Below, in pieces: positions 36,687 to 45,328 of a stretch of 64,000 nucleotides of DNA (within the stretch, counting starts at the first letter, position 1; every line of letters begins with the position of its first letter). Below the pieces are notes generated by a model, which saw only the letters and a program-made list of their open reading frames with translations, searched no databases and was not told the origin of the DNA. The stretch spans positions 110,850 to 174,849 of the forward strand of contig OZ246418.1 in the NCBI GenBank assembly GCA_965231155.1, given 5' to 3'. Origin of the DNA: an uncultured Candidatus Saccharibacteria bacterium. Its GTDB lineage: Bacteria; Patescibacteriota; Minisyncoccia; UBA6257; 2-01-FULL-56-20. Made by a program: the position numbers and the translations under genes.

Positions 36687-38357
36687 CTAGACAACCTCCG
36701 CCTGATAGCACGCTTCGCAATAGACAATCTCTGGACGATCGGGGGCGTAGTTGGTCTTTATTTCTTTACTGCATTTTCCACAGGCACGACTATGCAGGGT
36801 AAAGTTCCCTCGACGTTTGATGCGATTCATATGTCGGCAGCTAAAGCACCGCCGAGGAATTGGAAGTAGAGCTTTTTTATATATATCAAACTCGGCCTGA
36901 GTGAGACGGTAGTTTCTCTCGCAATCAATACAGGCAAAGATTTCTTTCAAAATATCCTCATCGACGTCCTGAATACGATCAGGAATCTTTTCTGACTTCA
37001 TCGTTTCCTGTCCTTTGGTCATTGGTAATTCGTCTTCCCATCGAAACCCTTGACCAATAGCCTCTTCTTTCGTCAGCGACATATTGTCCTGACTGATTGA
37101 TTCATTATAGGCAAAGAAACTCAGCGCTGGTGGCAGGAAAGATCCATATATCCCCTTCTCTTTCAACTCTCTCACAATCTGTTCGCGAATCTTTTTGTAC
37201 TCTTCCTCGGAATACTTTTTATTGAGAACCGCATAGCTGGCATTCTTCAAACCATCGCACCCGAAACAATTATTATTCCCTCCATTCATCGCAAGAGAGT
37301 ACTCAATGTCATGAGAAGTTTCCACCCACCACGAACCGATAACCCGCTGACTAGAACCCGCACCGACACATTCGATCATTAACTCGGCCTTGCGCCCGTG
37401 CCCTAAGATATCGTAAGAGTCCTTCGCATATTTCGCGGAGAAGGCGTTCTTTAAATTCTCCGAAAACGCTACCTCAAAACAATCGTGACAGTTCTTCGAT
37501 TCAGCAACATAATCCCCTGAGACATCGACAGATTTGAAGTTGTTGTTCTCTCGACGAGGGAATTTCAAAGTAAATACCTTGAACTCCTCCTCGAACTTTT
37601 TTGTCTTTTCGTAACTCCCCACAATTTCCGATACTCGTCTTTTCCACTCATCTTTATCAAGTTGTTCATTTAAAAAACAAAATGATTTATTGCGAAGATT
37701 CACACAGCCGAAACAGTTTGTGCAGTTGGCACAGTTCAAGAGAAACCAGGAGTTAAGACAGTCGCTCACGTTTTGACCCCAGGCTACCCCTGCGCACCGA
37801 TCTAGATTCACTCCTTCGTATGATCGTTCGGACGCATCGGCGTAGTAGGTGTCAACGGTATCCCGACTACTCGACAATCCCCGAGAATACATGCAGTTCT
37901 CATTTTTTGGACTGGAGTTGAAAATTAAATAACAATCTTTGTTATTACCTGCAAAGTTGGTGTACTCGCTATTCACATTCATCCCCATCGCTGCACTACT
38001 ATATAAAGCAGCCTTAGGAACCTTGAGTGCTAATTCTTTCAGCTGATCAAAGAATGGGCGACTTGAATCATACTCTATTCCGTGGCTCATCGGATCCCAC
38101 TTATCTGAAGCCCAACAATCATTACAGTACACAATATAAGGCGACTTCGGATTATACATCGTGATAATGGACCGATTACATAATGCACATATTCGTTTAT
38201 AGAGGGTTGATTCGTTGCGGTACACTGCTCGTCGTTTAAACCGACAGTCTGGGCAAAAAGGAGGCTCCTGGACACCTAGTTTGGCGTAGAATCCTCTATC
38301 TTCGTCGGTTATCTCAAACTCGTTTTTGCAAACCCGGCAGATTTTCATACCCTGCAT
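36687..38357 (-). CDS. Cysteine-rich multi-zinc-ribbon family protein, array paralog P1.
   Basis: N-terminal CRVCKNEF.I.DED..FY.K...PPFCPDCR..RR.VYRNE..LYKRICALC...YCNDCWASDKWDP, then YDSSRPFFDQ. Core repeats NCTNCFGCVNLRNKSFCFLNEQ and NNCFGCDGLKNASYAVLNKKYSEEEY. The C-terminal CIDCERNYRL...PRRCFSCR...CGKCSKEIKTNYAPDRPEIVYCEACY mirrors the N-terminus. No signal peptide or transmembrane segment. Confidence 0.8.
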   Translation of the reverse strand: MQGMKICRVCKNEFEITDEDRGFYAKLGVQEPPFCPDCRFKRRAVYRNESTLYKRICALCNRSIITMYNPKSPYIVYCNDCWASDKWDPMSHGIEYDSSRPFFDQLKELALKVPKAALYSSAAMGMNVNSEYTNFAGNNKDCYLIFNSSPKNENCMYSRGLSSSRDTVDTYYADASERSYEGVNLDRCAGVAWGQNVSDCLNSWFLLNCANCTNCFGCVNLRNKSFCFLNEQLDKDEWKRRVSEIVGSYEKTKKFEEEFKVFTLKFPRRENNNFKSVDVSGDYVAESKNCHDCFEVAFSENLKNAFSAKYAKDSYDILGHGRKAELMIECVGAGSSQRVIGSWWVETSHDIEYSLAMNGGNNNCFGCDGLKNASYAVLNKKYSEEEYKKIREQIVRELKEKGIYGSFLPPALSFFAYNESISQDNMSLTKEEAIGQGFRWEDELPMTKGQETMKSEKIPDRIQDVDEDILKEIFACIDCERNYRLTQAEFDIYKKALLPIPRRCFSCRHMNRIKRRGNFTLHSRACGKCSKEIKTNYAPDRPEIVYCEACYQAEVV

Positions 38358-38386
38358 TATACCCCTTGAAAGATGGGAACATCAAA

Positions 38387-40135
38387 TTAGATGATTTCGC
38401 TTTGGTAGCACTGCTCGCAGTACACCACCTCTGAGCCATCGGGGGTGTAGGTGGTTTCGAACTCATTTGGACATACTCCTTCTGGATGGTGTGAATGGGA
38501 GGCGGTGTTTTGGTGTACTTTGTAATCGCAGTTACACTTTTGATGATAAAGGAAAGGCAGGTTCACCGCTCGAAAACGCCGGAGATGACGACACTCAGGG
38601 CATTCCCGAGGGAGAGCAAGGCCAAATCGCTTCAAGAATTCCAGCTCTTTCTGAATAATGCGGAACGGGCGAGAACAGGTCATACAACCAATGATTTCGT
38701 TGATAATATCGTCTTTTGTTTCAACAACATCGTCTGGAAGATCGTGAGCTTGGAGGGTCGGCTCTCGTTTTGGTTTTTCTAATGGACGCCAGGCAAAACC
38801 ACTAGCCTCAGCAGTTTCTGGAGTTAATGGAAAGTAGTTGTTAGCGATTGTCTCGTTATAAGCGAAAGGAGATATCTCGATAGGGAAAAATTCGCCATAG
38901 CGATACTCCCTTCCCTTTTTGTCGACATAGGGCATTTCGTTCATGTGGGCGATGATCTTTGGAATCATTGCGTCGTACTCTTCTTCAGTGTATTGCTTGT
39001 TTAAGATGCAGTTCGCTTTGCTCCGTAAACCAATACAACCAAAGATATTATTGTTATTGTGACAGTTAACCCCATACTGCACATTGTTCCCTGTCCAAAG
39101 AACGACACCGAAGAGGAGTCGGGAAGCCTGAAGCCCGCTATCGACAAGTTCATACATGAGTTCGGCATGCTCACCAACGCCATATCCGTCATAGGTATCG
39201 GTCATGCCCCAACCCCCGTTCATTACAAACTTACAGTCCTTGTTGTTATTCCACAAATCAAACGCATAGAAACAGTTCGCGGTATGCTCGAGATTATTTC
39301 CTGTAACGTTTTGACAGTTCACCAGATTAGCAAACCGACGAAGCGCTTTCTTTTTTACTTCATTTTTGAATCTATCTTTAAACTTCTCTAGGGCAACATA
39401 ACTTCCAAGATTAAACTCCTTGATTTTATTGAAATACTCCTCCTTCGAATATGGCTCGTTGAAAATATAATACTGCTTGTTCCGTAAGCCAGAACAGCCG
39501 AAACAATTTGTGCAACCTCGGCAGTCATACAAAAAATAGCTATCGGTACAGGAGTCACAATTTTCTGAGAAGAAAGTGGAGTAGAGCTTACTTGAAGCAA
39601 CATCCTCGTAGCAAATTTCCGATTCGCCAATCGCAAAAACATCCATACAATCTTTGGAACCATTGCATCTTGAGGAGTAGGTCACATTTTCACTCCGCCA
39701 ACAAGCCGAAGAAAGATAGACGTCCTTGGTCTGACCGACATGATTCGAATAAGTCGTGTTGACCGCTTCACCATAGAATAAAGCGGGCATAGGAACGGTT
39801 TTCATGAGTTCTTGAAACTGAGTGAAGAATGGCTTAGAAAAGTCATAATCGCGACCGTAGTCTATGGCATCCCAGTTATCCGCCCACCAGGCATCACGGT
39901 CATAGACACGAACGCCGGACTCTTGAGAGAAACAGGACAAGACCTCCTTCCCCGTGGCTTCACAAGTGCGACGATGGAGACTTCTCTCGTTGCGATAGGC
40001 AAATCGCCGCTGCATCCGACAGTTGGGACAAAAGGTTGGCGGTGGAACTTCTATTTTTTTATAGAAATCAAAATCCTCCGAGGCAATCGTGAAGTCTTTT
40101 TTACAGTTCTGGCAGATTCTCTCTCCCTGGTTCAT
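38387..40135 (-). CDS. Cysteine-rich multi-zinc-ribbon family protein, array paralog P2 (His-insert subtype).
   Basis: CQNCKKDFTIASEDFDFYKKIEVPPPTFCPNCRMQRRFAYRNERSL...WWADNWD...DYDFSKPFF; GCTNCFGCSGLRNKQYYIFNEPYSKEEY; IFGCIGLRSKANCILNKQYTEEEY. The C-terminus is CMTCSRPFRIIQKELEFL...PRECPECR...SHSHHPEGVCPNEFETTYTPDGSEVVYCEQCY. Confidence 0.8.
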   Translation of the reverse strand: MNQGERICQNCKKDFTIASEDFDFYKKIEVPPPTFCPNCRMQRRFAYRNERSLHRRTCEATGKEVLSCFSQESGVRVYDRDAWWADNWDAIDYGRDYDFSKPFFTQFQELMKTVPMPALFYGEAVNTTYSNHVGQTKDVYLSSACWRSENVTYSSRCNGSKDCMDVFAIGESEICYEDVASSKLYSTFFSENCDSCTDSYFLYDCRGCTNCFGCSGLRNKQYYIFNEPYSKEEYFNKIKEFNLGSYVALEKFKDRFKNEVKKKALRRFANLVNCQNVTGNNLEHTANCFYAFDLWNNNKDCKFVMNGGWGMTDTYDGYGVGEHAELMYELVDSGLQASRLLFGVVLWTGNNVQYGVNCHNNNNIFGCIGLRSKANCILNKQYTEEEYDAMIPKIIAHMNEMPYVDKKGREYRYGEFFPIEISPFAYNETIANNYFPLTPETAEASGFAWRPLEKPKREPTLQAHDLPDDVVETKDDIINEIIGCMTCSRPFRIIQKELEFLKRFGLALPRECPECRHLRRFRAVNLPFLYHQKCNCDYKVHQNTASHSHHPEGVCPNEFETTYTPDGSEVVYCEQCYQSEII

Positions 40136-41868
40136 GCGAATTCTTTAATATAACATCCCCGACAGAGAAGCGGGTTAACTTCTTTATTTTTTATCGATGT
40201 TTCAAATCCCGTCTGGCACTGCGAACATTTCACAGTGATGGTGGTCAGATTCATGGCCCACTCAACCATCTTCTCTCTCACCCGACAAAAAGGACAATTC
40301 CGTGGCAAGGGGAATTTTAGATTTTTAAGCAAATCAAATTCTTGCTTGATGATTCTAAACGCGCGCCCACAACTCAGACAACCGATCTTCTCCTCAATAA
40401 TCTTTTCATCTACATCACGAATATGATCAGGTAGGTCTTCTGCTTTTACGGTAACTTCGTAAGCAGCCTCCGCATCTTCACGCCACCTTAATCCTTTATT
40501 AAGGACCTCTTCTTTAGACATAGGGAAGAACACACTGGCCAAAGAATCGTTATATGGCAACGGACTCATCTCCATCGGGAAAAACTCACCATATTTATAT
40601 ACTCTCCCCTGGGCATCAGTATATGGCATCTCGTCCATATGTTTTTTTATTTTCCGCACAAGATCCTTAAACTCCTCCTCAGAATACTCTTTGTTCAAAA
40701 CACAGTTCCTGACTCGTCGAGCTCCCACACACCCAAAATGATTCTTCGCCGTCCACGATCCGTTTGTATACTCTGCGTTAATAGTCTCGAGCCCCGTATC
40801 TTTTATGAATTGGGAGTCCGAACAACCCTGGCCAGTAATATTTCCCTCATATAAAAGATCGAGCGGTCCCGCCGAACCAGATATGTCATAGCTATTCGTC
40901 TGTGGACTAGAAAGATTCATAAACATAAATTTACAGTCCTCTGCGCCAATTACTTCGTAACACTGATTGCAGTTCTTTGACCCAAAAATATAGTTCCCCG
41001 TACAATTCTGAGTTGTATCTTCATAATGAGCTTTTACAATCTGTGTCGCCCAGTGTTTTTCTGCGTCCTCTTTGGCTTGTAGATATCCCTGATAGGAACC
41101 AAGATCATACTTTTTTATAGCGTCTAAATATTCATCCTTGGTCAGTTGTTGGTTGAAAAACACGTACTGCTTATTTTTCAAGTTCGCCGAACCAAAACAA
41201 TTCTGGCAGTTTTTTGAATCACGCAAAAAATAACAATCCATAGACTCCTCTACCTGCCCACGACATCCAGCACTCTTACTTACTTTATACGCATTCATCA
41301 TATCGTACGATTGATTAGTCGCGTACGATAAAGAACAATTCAAAAGATCAGCCGAATAGAGCACAAAAAAACCGTAAGCGCAATTTTCGTTTTGCATCGA
41401 TTCAAAAAGAAGATAGCAGTTCTTTAGATTGAGAGCATGGTTATTATACGGAGATGTATCCAAAGATTCAGTGCCAAGAGAGAGTGCCTGGAGAGGAGCT
41501 TGATGAAGCAACTCGTCGTACTGCTCAAAAAATGGGCGCGAGAAATCATAGTCGCGACCATAGTCTCGTGGATCCCACTCATCAGAAAACCAACACTTGG
41601 AACAATAAATTGTGTACTCAGAGTTAGAAGCATACATCGAGATAATGTCTTTATGACATAAATCACAGGTTCTCTTATAGAGTTTTACGATATTAAAAAG
41701 CGCTAAACGACGCTGAAAACGACACCGCGGACAGAACGTCGGTGGAGGTACGCTAATCTTTTTATAAAATTCAAAATCCTCCGACTCAATCGCGAACTGC
41801 GTTTTGCAATTTTGACACTGTTTAATTTCTGAGTTCATACTATATTCTGCTGATAACAACTCTCGCAC
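40132..41868 (-). CDS. Cysteine-rich multi-zinc-ribbon family protein, array paralog P3. The likely true start is the internal ATG at 41838 (MNSEIKQCQNCK), which abuts the P4 stop codon.
   Basis: CQNCKTQFAIESEDFEFYKKISVPPPTFCPRCRFQRRLA...LYKRTCDLCHKDIISMY...YCSKCWFSDEWDP..DYDFSRPFFEQ; C-terminal CLSCGRAFRIIKQEFDLL...PRNCPFCR...CSQCQ...CRGCY. Confidence 0.8.
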   Translation of the reverse strand: MRELLSAEYSMNSEIKQCQNCKTQFAIESEDFEFYKKISVPPPTFCPRCRFQRRLALFNIVKLYKRTCDLCHKDIISMYASNSEYTIYCSKCWFSDEWDPRDYGRDYDFSRPFFEQYDELLHQAPLQALSLGTESLDTSPYNNHALNLKNCYLLFESMQNENCAYGFFVLYSADLLNCSLSYATNQSYDMMNAYKVSKSAGCRGQVEESMDCYFLRDSKNCQNCFGSANLKNKQYVFFNQQLTKDEYLDAIKKYDLGSYQGYLQAKEDAEKHWATQIVKAHYEDTTQNCTGNYIFGSKNCNQCYEVIGAEDCKFMFMNLSSPQTNSYDISGSAGPLDLLYEGNITGQGCSDSQFIKDTGLETINAEYTNGSWTAKNHFGCVGARRVRNCVLNKEYSEEEFKDLVRKIKKHMDEMPYTDAQGRVYKYGEFFPMEMSPLPYNDSLASVFFPMSKEEVLNKGLRWREDAEAAYEVTVKAEDLPDHIRDVDEKIIEEKIGCLSCGRAFRIIKQEFDLLKNLKFPLPRNCPFCRVREKMVEWAMNLTTITVKCSQCQTGFETSIKNKEVNPLLCRGCYIKEFA

Positions 41869-43649
41869 GCAATTTTTTTATACTCCCATTCTAGTGGGTA
41901 GTAGGCCTGAATATCTTTTCCGCAATATGTACAGGCATATGGATATGCCGTAATAACTGAAACCCGATTCACCCGATTTAATGTTCGACGATCTGGATGT
42001 AGGCGTGGCAATGGGATAGAGTGCTGACGATAGAAAGCCAACTCGTGAGGTGCAATATTATATCGATAGCCCGCCTCAGGACAGACAAGCGCTTCTGAAG
42101 TTATCCCGTCATCAACTTCAGAAATAGTGTCGGGCAAACTGCTTGTAGCTTTTCCCTCGAGATTCATATCGCTATTCTCCTCCCAGTAAGCACCCAGCGA
42201 TACAATCTTCTCCCGAGTCAAGGGGAAGAAAATGTTGGCCTGAGTGACATTATATCCACTGTAAGCCATATCATATGGCAGAAACTTTCCATATGATCCA
42301 TCTTTTTTCATGTTCTCGATGATTTCCGCTCGCAATTTTTCGAACTCCTCTTTTGTATACTGTTTGTTTAAAATGGCGTACTTTTTCTTCTTCAAACCAA
42401 CACACCCAAAACAGTATTCACAATCGATACAAAGATCAAGATACTCCGAATAACGGCAATACTGACACCAAACAGAGTATTTCATTTCATAACCTCCAAC
42501 AGTATCAGCGGTATTACCCGATCGCTCCATCTCCCATGAACCCGTAATATCAATAACATCTTTCATTTTCAATCCGCGCATAACGTTATAGCAGTTTTCT
42601 GAATCTTCCCAATAAAACGCATTTACACACCGATTACAATTCGTTAAGTAATTACCGACTGATTGCTCTGTTTTTACATTGAAGTTTTCTCGATGCACAG
42701 CTTTGTCTTGGACATATCTTTCCCATTCCTTCTTTAAATTTTGAACTGCTTTCCAAGAACCAAATCGGTATTCGTCCAGTTTCTTCTGGTACTCTTCCTT
42801 GGAATACTGCTGGTTTAAAATGCAGTACTGTTTGTTCCGTAGATTCCAAGACATAAAACAGTTCTGGACATTTCGACAGTCGAAAAGAAACATACTATCA
42901 ATCGCGTTTCGACAGTTAAAGGAGTAGCGCAAATTAAAGCAGTTAAAACAGTAGGTGCAGTCATATGATCGCTCCGTATCGTAGCAGTAAGTAATGTCAA
43001 AGGAATCTTTAACCCGAACCATTCGATACCCATAACTCACCTCTTCACAATGTGTCATGGAACGCGACAAGTAGCAATTTTTACATTCCCAGACATCGTC
43101 ACACCAGTCACAACTAACGTTATTTTCTCCTGTTTGATGAGGGCGAGGAACTTTCTCCTGCAGTTCTTTAAGTTGATCCAAAAAGGGACGACTGGAATCG
43201 TAGTCCATAGATGCTGGCTCCCAATCATCGGAAAACCATTCTTTCGAAGTGTAAATGGGATAACGAGTCTTCGACGGCAAAACCGTAATCAGATTTTTTC
43301 CGCTTAAATCAGATACTCCTTTGCGAAATTTCCCAAAAATCCAAAACGCTAACTGCTGTCTCGAGCGGCAAGCAAAACACTGATGAGCTAGTTCGACACC
43401 AATCATCTCATACATTCCCAGCTCATCCTTAGTTATCGTGAAAGACCCTCCGCAATCGGTACAACTTTTCGTGAGAGGTTCCATATTACACTGTTTCCGC
43501 CTGATAACACTGTTCGCAATACAAAATCTCCGGCCTCCCTGGTTCGTAGCTTGTCCTAAATTCATTCGAACATACTCCTTCGCCATGAGCGTGGGTAACG
43601 GCATTTTGGTAGTCGATCCCAGATCCTGGATTTCGTCCCTGCTTGCCAC
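41835..43649 (-). CDS. Cysteine-rich family protein, array paralog P4. It is the most divergent or degenerate member, and its likely true start is the internal ATG at 43484 (MEPLTKSCTDCGG).
   Basis: The first 55 codons of the ORF-track model overlap the P5 C-terminus in another frame and lack family motifs. From M56 the protein follows the family pattern (SCTDCGGSFTITKDELGMYE...HQCFACRSRQQLAFW...WFSDDWEP...DYDSSRPFLDQ; NCFMSWNLRNKQYCILNQQYSKEEY; CEYCFGCVGLKKKKYAILNKQYTKEEF). The C-terminal CPxCR is replaced by LHPDRR. Confidence 0.7.
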   Translation of the reverse strand: MASRDEIQDLGSTTKMPLPTLMAKEYVRMNLGQATNQGGRRFCIANSVIRRKQCNMEPLTKSCTDCGGSFTITKDELGMYEMIGVELAHQCFACRSRQQLAFWIFGKFRKGVSDLSGKNLITVLPSKTRYPIYTSKEWFSDDWEPASMDYDSSRPFLDQLKELQEKVPRPHQTGENNVSCDWCDDVWECKNCYLSRSMTHCEEVSYGYRMVRVKDSFDITYCYDTERSYDCTYCFNCFNLRYSFNCRNAIDSMFLFDCRNVQNCFMSWNLRNKQYCILNQQYSKEEYQKKLDEYRFGSWKAVQNLKKEWERYVQDKAVHRENFNVKTEQSVGNYLTNCNRCVNAFYWEDSENCYNVMRGLKMKDVIDITGSWEMERSGNTADTVGGYEMKYSVWCQYCRYSEYLDLCIDCEYCFGCVGLKKKKYAILNKQYTKEEFEKLRAEIIENMKKDGSYGKFLPYDMAYSGYNVTQANIFFPLTREKIVSLGAYWEENSDMNLEGKATSSLPDTISEVDDGITSEALVCPEAGYRYNIAPHELAFYRQHSIPLPRLHPDRRTLNRVNRVSVITAYPYACTYCGKDIQAYYPLEWEYKKIACESCYQQNIV

Positions 43650-45252
43650 TACACATACACTTTCCTGGCCAGAGCTTCGGAGGATTCACGAATTTGAAGC
43701 GTTCCATATAACGACAGTTGGGACACATTCGTGGCAAAGGTAAATCAATTCTTCGGAGGAAATCCAGCTCTGCCTGAATGATCCGATAAGCCTTCTTGCA
43801 GGAACCGCACTGAACGAGTTCTTGGAGAATTGAATCGGGAACTTCTTTGATATCATCAGGAAGGTCAGCAATTGTTTTGGTGGTCTGATACTCTTTTTCT
43901 TCGACGTCTCTCCAGGCATATCCCCGAGCGAGAGCTTCATCCTTAGTCAGCGGGAAAAAATCCTGAGCCATCGTGTCGTTGTACGCAAAGGGAGAAAAAT
44001 CTGTGGGGAAAAACTCACCGTAACGATAGGTCCTCCCCTGCTTATCGGTGAAAGGCAGTTCGTTCATCTGAGCGATAATTTTTTCTCGCAAAGCGAAGTA
44101 CTCCTCCTTGGAATACTGTTTGTTCAAAATACAGTACTGTTTTTTATTTAAACTGACACAACCAAAAAGATTTTCTGAACCACGACAAAATATTGAGTAC
44201 TCCTGATTCTGACCTGAATTCCAACACTCCCAACAGAACTTCAGACGACTCACCCCAAAACCACAAGTCAACGACTCATACATTTCTGAAGCTCCCATGC
44301 CAAAGTTACTAAAGTCATATGAATCACTAATCGGTGGCTCCAGAAATTGCGAGTAAGCCAGGTTCTGACCTTCGTGAATAGAGTAACAATCTTTTAAATT
44401 TTTTGAACGTTCGATATGTTCACCAGTCGAATTCTGAACCTGAATGGCTAGCGTGTATCGCATCGGATGCTTGGCCCAAAAAGCGTGGGCCTTTTCTCTA
44501 TATTCAACGACCGTCTTCCACGAACCTAGGTTCAGATCGTCCATATACTTTTTATATTCTTCTTTAGAATATTGCTGATTGAAAATATGGTACGACTTAT
44601 TGCGAAGATTGACACAACCAAAACAGTTCGTACAACCCATTAAGTTTCGAGAAAACCAAATGTCAGTAGACTCTTCAATATTCACTGAATAAAAGATACG
44701 GTATCCTTCGTCGGCCATATAGTTGTCGTATGAAAGTTCGGTATGTCGAGCCTCGTAGAGATCGAAAGAATCTTTAAGGTTGTATCCGCTCACAATGTAC
44801 GCGGAGTTTTCACTGTCGTTACCATTAAAATAAAGATAGCAGTTCTTCAAACCTCCAGCTTGCTCGCAATACTCTGAGTTAACCATATTTAAAGTGCTCT
44901 TCGCAGGCCAAGGCACTGTATAGAGCAGCTCTTTATACTGGTCAAAAAATGGCCGAGAAAAATCATAATCTCGACCATAGCTCATCGCATCCCACTTATC
45001 TGACCACCAATCGTCAAGGTGGTATATGGTAGCTGGTACAGTATTAGGATAACCGGAAAAAATATCCTTATTGTTTAAACCCTCTTTTCGCTTAAAAAGG
45101 AACCGTTCGTTCCGCCAAGTGAGACGGCGAATAAGGCGACACTCCGGACACCACGTAGGTGGTGGCACACTAATTTTTTTATAAAAATCGAAATCTGCCT
45201 CTTCAATTAAGAAATTCTGCTTGCAGGACTGGCACGATCTCATTTCGGTCAT
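43486..45252 (-). CDS. Cysteine-rich multi-zinc-ribbon family protein, array paralog P5 (His-insert subtype).
   Basis: SCQSCKQNFLIEEADFDFYKKISVPPPTWCPECRLIRRLTWRNERFL...WWSDKWDAMSYGRDYDFSRPFFDQ; GCTNCFGCVNLRNKSYHIFNQQYSKEEY; LFGCVSLNKKQYCILNKQYSKEEY; C-terminal CGSCKKAYRIIQAELDFL...PRMCPNCR...THAHGEGVCSNEFRTSYEPGRPEILYCEQCY. Confidence 0.8.
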   Translation of the reverse strand: MTEMRSCQSCKQNFLIEEADFDFYKKISVPPPTWCPECRLIRRLTWRNERFLFKRKEGLNNKDIFSGYPNTVPATIYHLDDWWSDKWDAMSYGRDYDFSRPFFDQYKELLYTVPWPAKSTLNMVNSEYCEQAGGLKNCYLYFNGNDSENSAYIVSGYNLKDSFDLYEARHTELSYDNYMADEGYRIFYSVNIEESTDIWFSRNLMGCTNCFGCVNLRNKSYHIFNQQYSKEEYKKYMDDLNLGSWKTVVEYREKAHAFWAKHPMRYTLAIQVQNSTGEHIERSKNLKDCYSIHEGQNLAYSQFLEPPISDSYDFSNFGMGASEMYESLTCGFGVSRLKFCWECWNSGQNQEYSIFCRGSENLFGCVSLNKKQYCILNKQYSKEEYFALREKIIAQMNELPFTDKQGRTYRYGEFFPTDFSPFAYNDTMAQDFFPLTKDEALARGYAWRDVEEKEYQTTKTIADLPDDIKEVPDSILQELVQCGSCKKAYRIIQAELDFLRRIDLPLPRMCPNCRYMERFKFVNPPKLWPGKCMCSGKQGRNPGSGIDYQNAVTHAHGEGVCSNEFRTSYEPGRPEILYCEQCYQAETV

Positions 45253-45328
45253 ATGTGCCTATTTTCTCCCTTTTTAGAGGTTTAGGCAACTTCTTCTTAA
45301 TAACCCCAACTTTAGTAGAACAACTAGC

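Noticed and set aside
39059-40153. Plus-strand ORFs 39059..39391, 39508..39762 and 39812..40153 inside the Cys-rich array, and similar ones at 40235..40426, 41437..41661, 43050..43307, 47068..47466 and 48384..48911.
   Set aside because: All are antisense to well-supported paralog genes with conserved motifs. They are shadow ORFs.
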